From the NCBI GenBank assembly GCA_963755715.1, contig CAVWLW010000031.1:1-30033 (forward strand): DNA of 30,033 nucleotides. Direction: 5' to 3'. Shown here piece after piece: positions 27,738-30,033 of this stretch. Source of the DNA: an uncultured delta proteobacterium (lineage in GTDB: Bacteria; Desulfobacterota; Binatia; UBA9968). The notes under the pieces were generated by a model. That model searched no databases. It was not told the DNA's origin and was given only the letters and a program-made list of their open reading frames with translations. The translations under genes were made by a program, and so were the position numbers. Position 1 is the first letter of the stretch; each line of letters starts with the position of its first letter.

Positions 27738-29983
27738 TCAATGCGCATTCATTTGTAACAGCGACAAATCGGTTTCGAAAAAACGCACCGCATCAGTCGC
27801 CTCGACCGCGGCCGAGAAAAGAAAGCCTTGTCCGAACTCACAACCGAGATCTTTCAAAACGTTTAATTGATCGGAAACCTCTACCCCTTCGGCGACGACT
27901 TGCATGCCGAGAATTTGGGCGAGAGCGACAATCGTGCGGACGATTTCGTAGGGACGCTTTTTGTGATGGTCATTGCCATGATTTGCTCCTAATCGGCGCA
28001 CAAACGAGCGGTCGATCTTCAAGACGTCGATGGGAAATCGATGGAGATAATTGAGCGACGAAAAGCCCTTGCCGAAATCATCCAGGCAGAGCTTGATCCT
28101 GCGCTTTTTTAGTTGGGCCAGCGTGTGCGAGGCGGCGCGCGTGTTTTCGACCAGTGCCGTTTCGGTGATTTCGAGGCGCAGATACTGCGGCTCCAATCCG
28201 CTCTCCTCCAGCACCTGGTCGAGCTCGTCGATAAGGCCGCCGTGCGAGACTTGCTTGCTGGACACATTGACGCTGATGAAGCAGTCTTGCTGCAGAGGAA
28301 ATTGTTCGCGCCAGTGACGCATTTGTTCGCAAGCTTCTCTGAACAGCGAATGGCTCAACTGGCCGACCAGTCCGGTTTCTTCCGCAAGCGGGATGAACTG
28401 CGCCGGGGAAATTGCGCCTCTTCCATTGTGATTCCAGCGAGCTAGCGCTTCAAACCCCGCAAGGTGACCCGTTTCCAGCGATATGATCGGTTGGTAGTGA
28501 AGCTGAATCTGCTTGCGTTCGATGGCTCGCTTCATGTCGATTTCCAAGTGCATCCGCTCCAGCGCACGCGCATGTGTCTTGGCATCAAAGATCTGATAGC
28601 CCAAGCCGCGCGCCTTGGCCTGGTACATTGCCATATCCGCATCACGCAACAAGTCTTCGGGGCTGTGATCGCCGGTCAGACTAAGTGCGATGCCAATGCT
28701 TCCGCTGATCGACACATCGTTATCATCCAGCAGGACCGGATCGACTAAACGCTCGAGCACTCGGGTGGCGACACGCACGGCGTCTTCGGGGCCGCGCACT
28801 TGCTCAAGCAAGATAGCGAACTCATCGCCGCTCAGATGCGCCACTGTGTCCTCCTCGCGCGTGCATTCGACTAGGCGCTGCGCCACCTCGATCAACAGTT
28901 TATCGCCGACTGAGTGTCCGAGGCTGTCATTGATTACTTTGAATCGGTCCAAATCCAAAAAAAGCAAGGCAAAGGGGCGATGCCCGTAGCGTTTGGCCGC
29001 GGCGTTGAGCCGAAGCAGATTGTCGAGAAACAGAGTGCGATTGGGCAAACCGGTCAAGCTATCGTGGAATGCGGTGCGCCGGAGCTCGGCTTCGACGCGC
29101 TTGCGCTCGGTAATGTCAACGATCGACATGAGAACGCCATCGCCGTGCTGAGTGTGGATCGGATTTAAGCCGATTTCGACGGAAAATTCAGAATCGTCCT
29201 TGCGCAAGCCGTACCATTCCTGGCGGCGTCCCAGCCACTTTACGCTCGGACTGGCGAAAAAATTTTCACGCTGGTTGGGAAATTTATTGCGTAGCCGTTC
29301 GGGAACCAACACGTCGATCGGCTGCCCGATCAACTCGTCCCGAGTATAGCCAAAAAGCTGCTCCAGGTACGGGTTGACCAGCGTGATGGTTCCCGATTGA
29401 TCGACGATCAAAATCCCGTTGGGAACCGATTCCACCGCGACTTGAAATTGCTCCTGCGCCCAGGTTCGCTCGCTCATTTCCGTCCGCAGGGCATCGGTTA
29501 AGCGGGTGATTTCTTCTGTTCCCTCGCGCACGCGAAGTTCCAGTTTGTCCTGCGCGCTTTGAAGCGCTTCGCGAAGGTGCAGATCACCGGCGAGGTCCCG
29601 AAGAAAGCAAGCATGAAGCACTTGGCCTCCGGTTCGAAGCTCGCTGAAGGTTACTTGCACGGGCAAGATTTTCCCGTTGCGGCATCGGGCCACGCCGGTC
29701 TGGGCTTGTCCGGCCCCAATCTGAATCGGTTGTCCCGTCGGGCTCGTCACGAACTCGGCAAGTTGCTTGCCGATTAAAGTGCCAGCCTCTAACCCAACAA
29801 TACTCCGATCGCCGTGTTCGTCGAGTCGATCCGCGCCGATTTGTCGATCGTCAAGATACCCACGGGGGCATTGACTGAAACGGATTGATAACTTAGCCGC
29901 TTCTCCAAGAGCGAGATTGCGTGCTGATACACAGCGTCGTCGCCGTCGCTTTGCTTTTCATTCGTGTTATCTCTTACCACCAT
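27738..29983 (-). CDS. PAS-PAS-GGDEF-EAL c-di-GMP enzyme, -1 frameshift near 29790
   Basis: PAS (LFGYTRDELIGQPI), HDSLTGLPNR, DLDRFKVINDSLGH, SGDEF, GFEALARW, DDFGKGFSS, EGVE. The ORF 29789-29983 joins via LLG[Y]EAGTLIGKQ if one base is restored. Confidence 0.92.
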
Positions 29984-30033
29984 CCAGATGCCCTGCGCTT
30001 CGCCATGTCGATCGATTTGCAGCCATTTCTTGG

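Overview
A 30 kb bacterial window in two parts. Bases ~1-7700 look more AT-rich by eye and are accessory-like: a stand-alone receiver protein, SnoaL-like, DUF72 and DUF2231-Rieske genes, small orphan ORFs and a truncated Hsp20. The GC-richer remainder holds rtcB, a lipoprotein amidohydrolase and a ~17 kb uptake/catabolism cluster. That cluster has a gentisate-dioxygenase-like bicupin, three NMT1/SsuA-like binding proteins, a flavoprotein oxidoreductase, an FbpB-like permease, two further binding proteins and a divergent hydantoinase/oxoprolinase B-A-B operon. A PAS-GGDEF-EAL gene ends the window. Intergenic spaces carry four palindromic repeat families and a MITE-like element; one family brackets a small GIY-YIG nuclease as a possible mobile cassette. 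Seven genes are broken by about 16 single-base insertions and one by a deletion, all repairing to full length, which most likely reflects sequencing error. Gene content resembles Candidatus Binatia-type Deltaproteobacteria (inference). No rRNA, tRNA or CRISPR array was seen.
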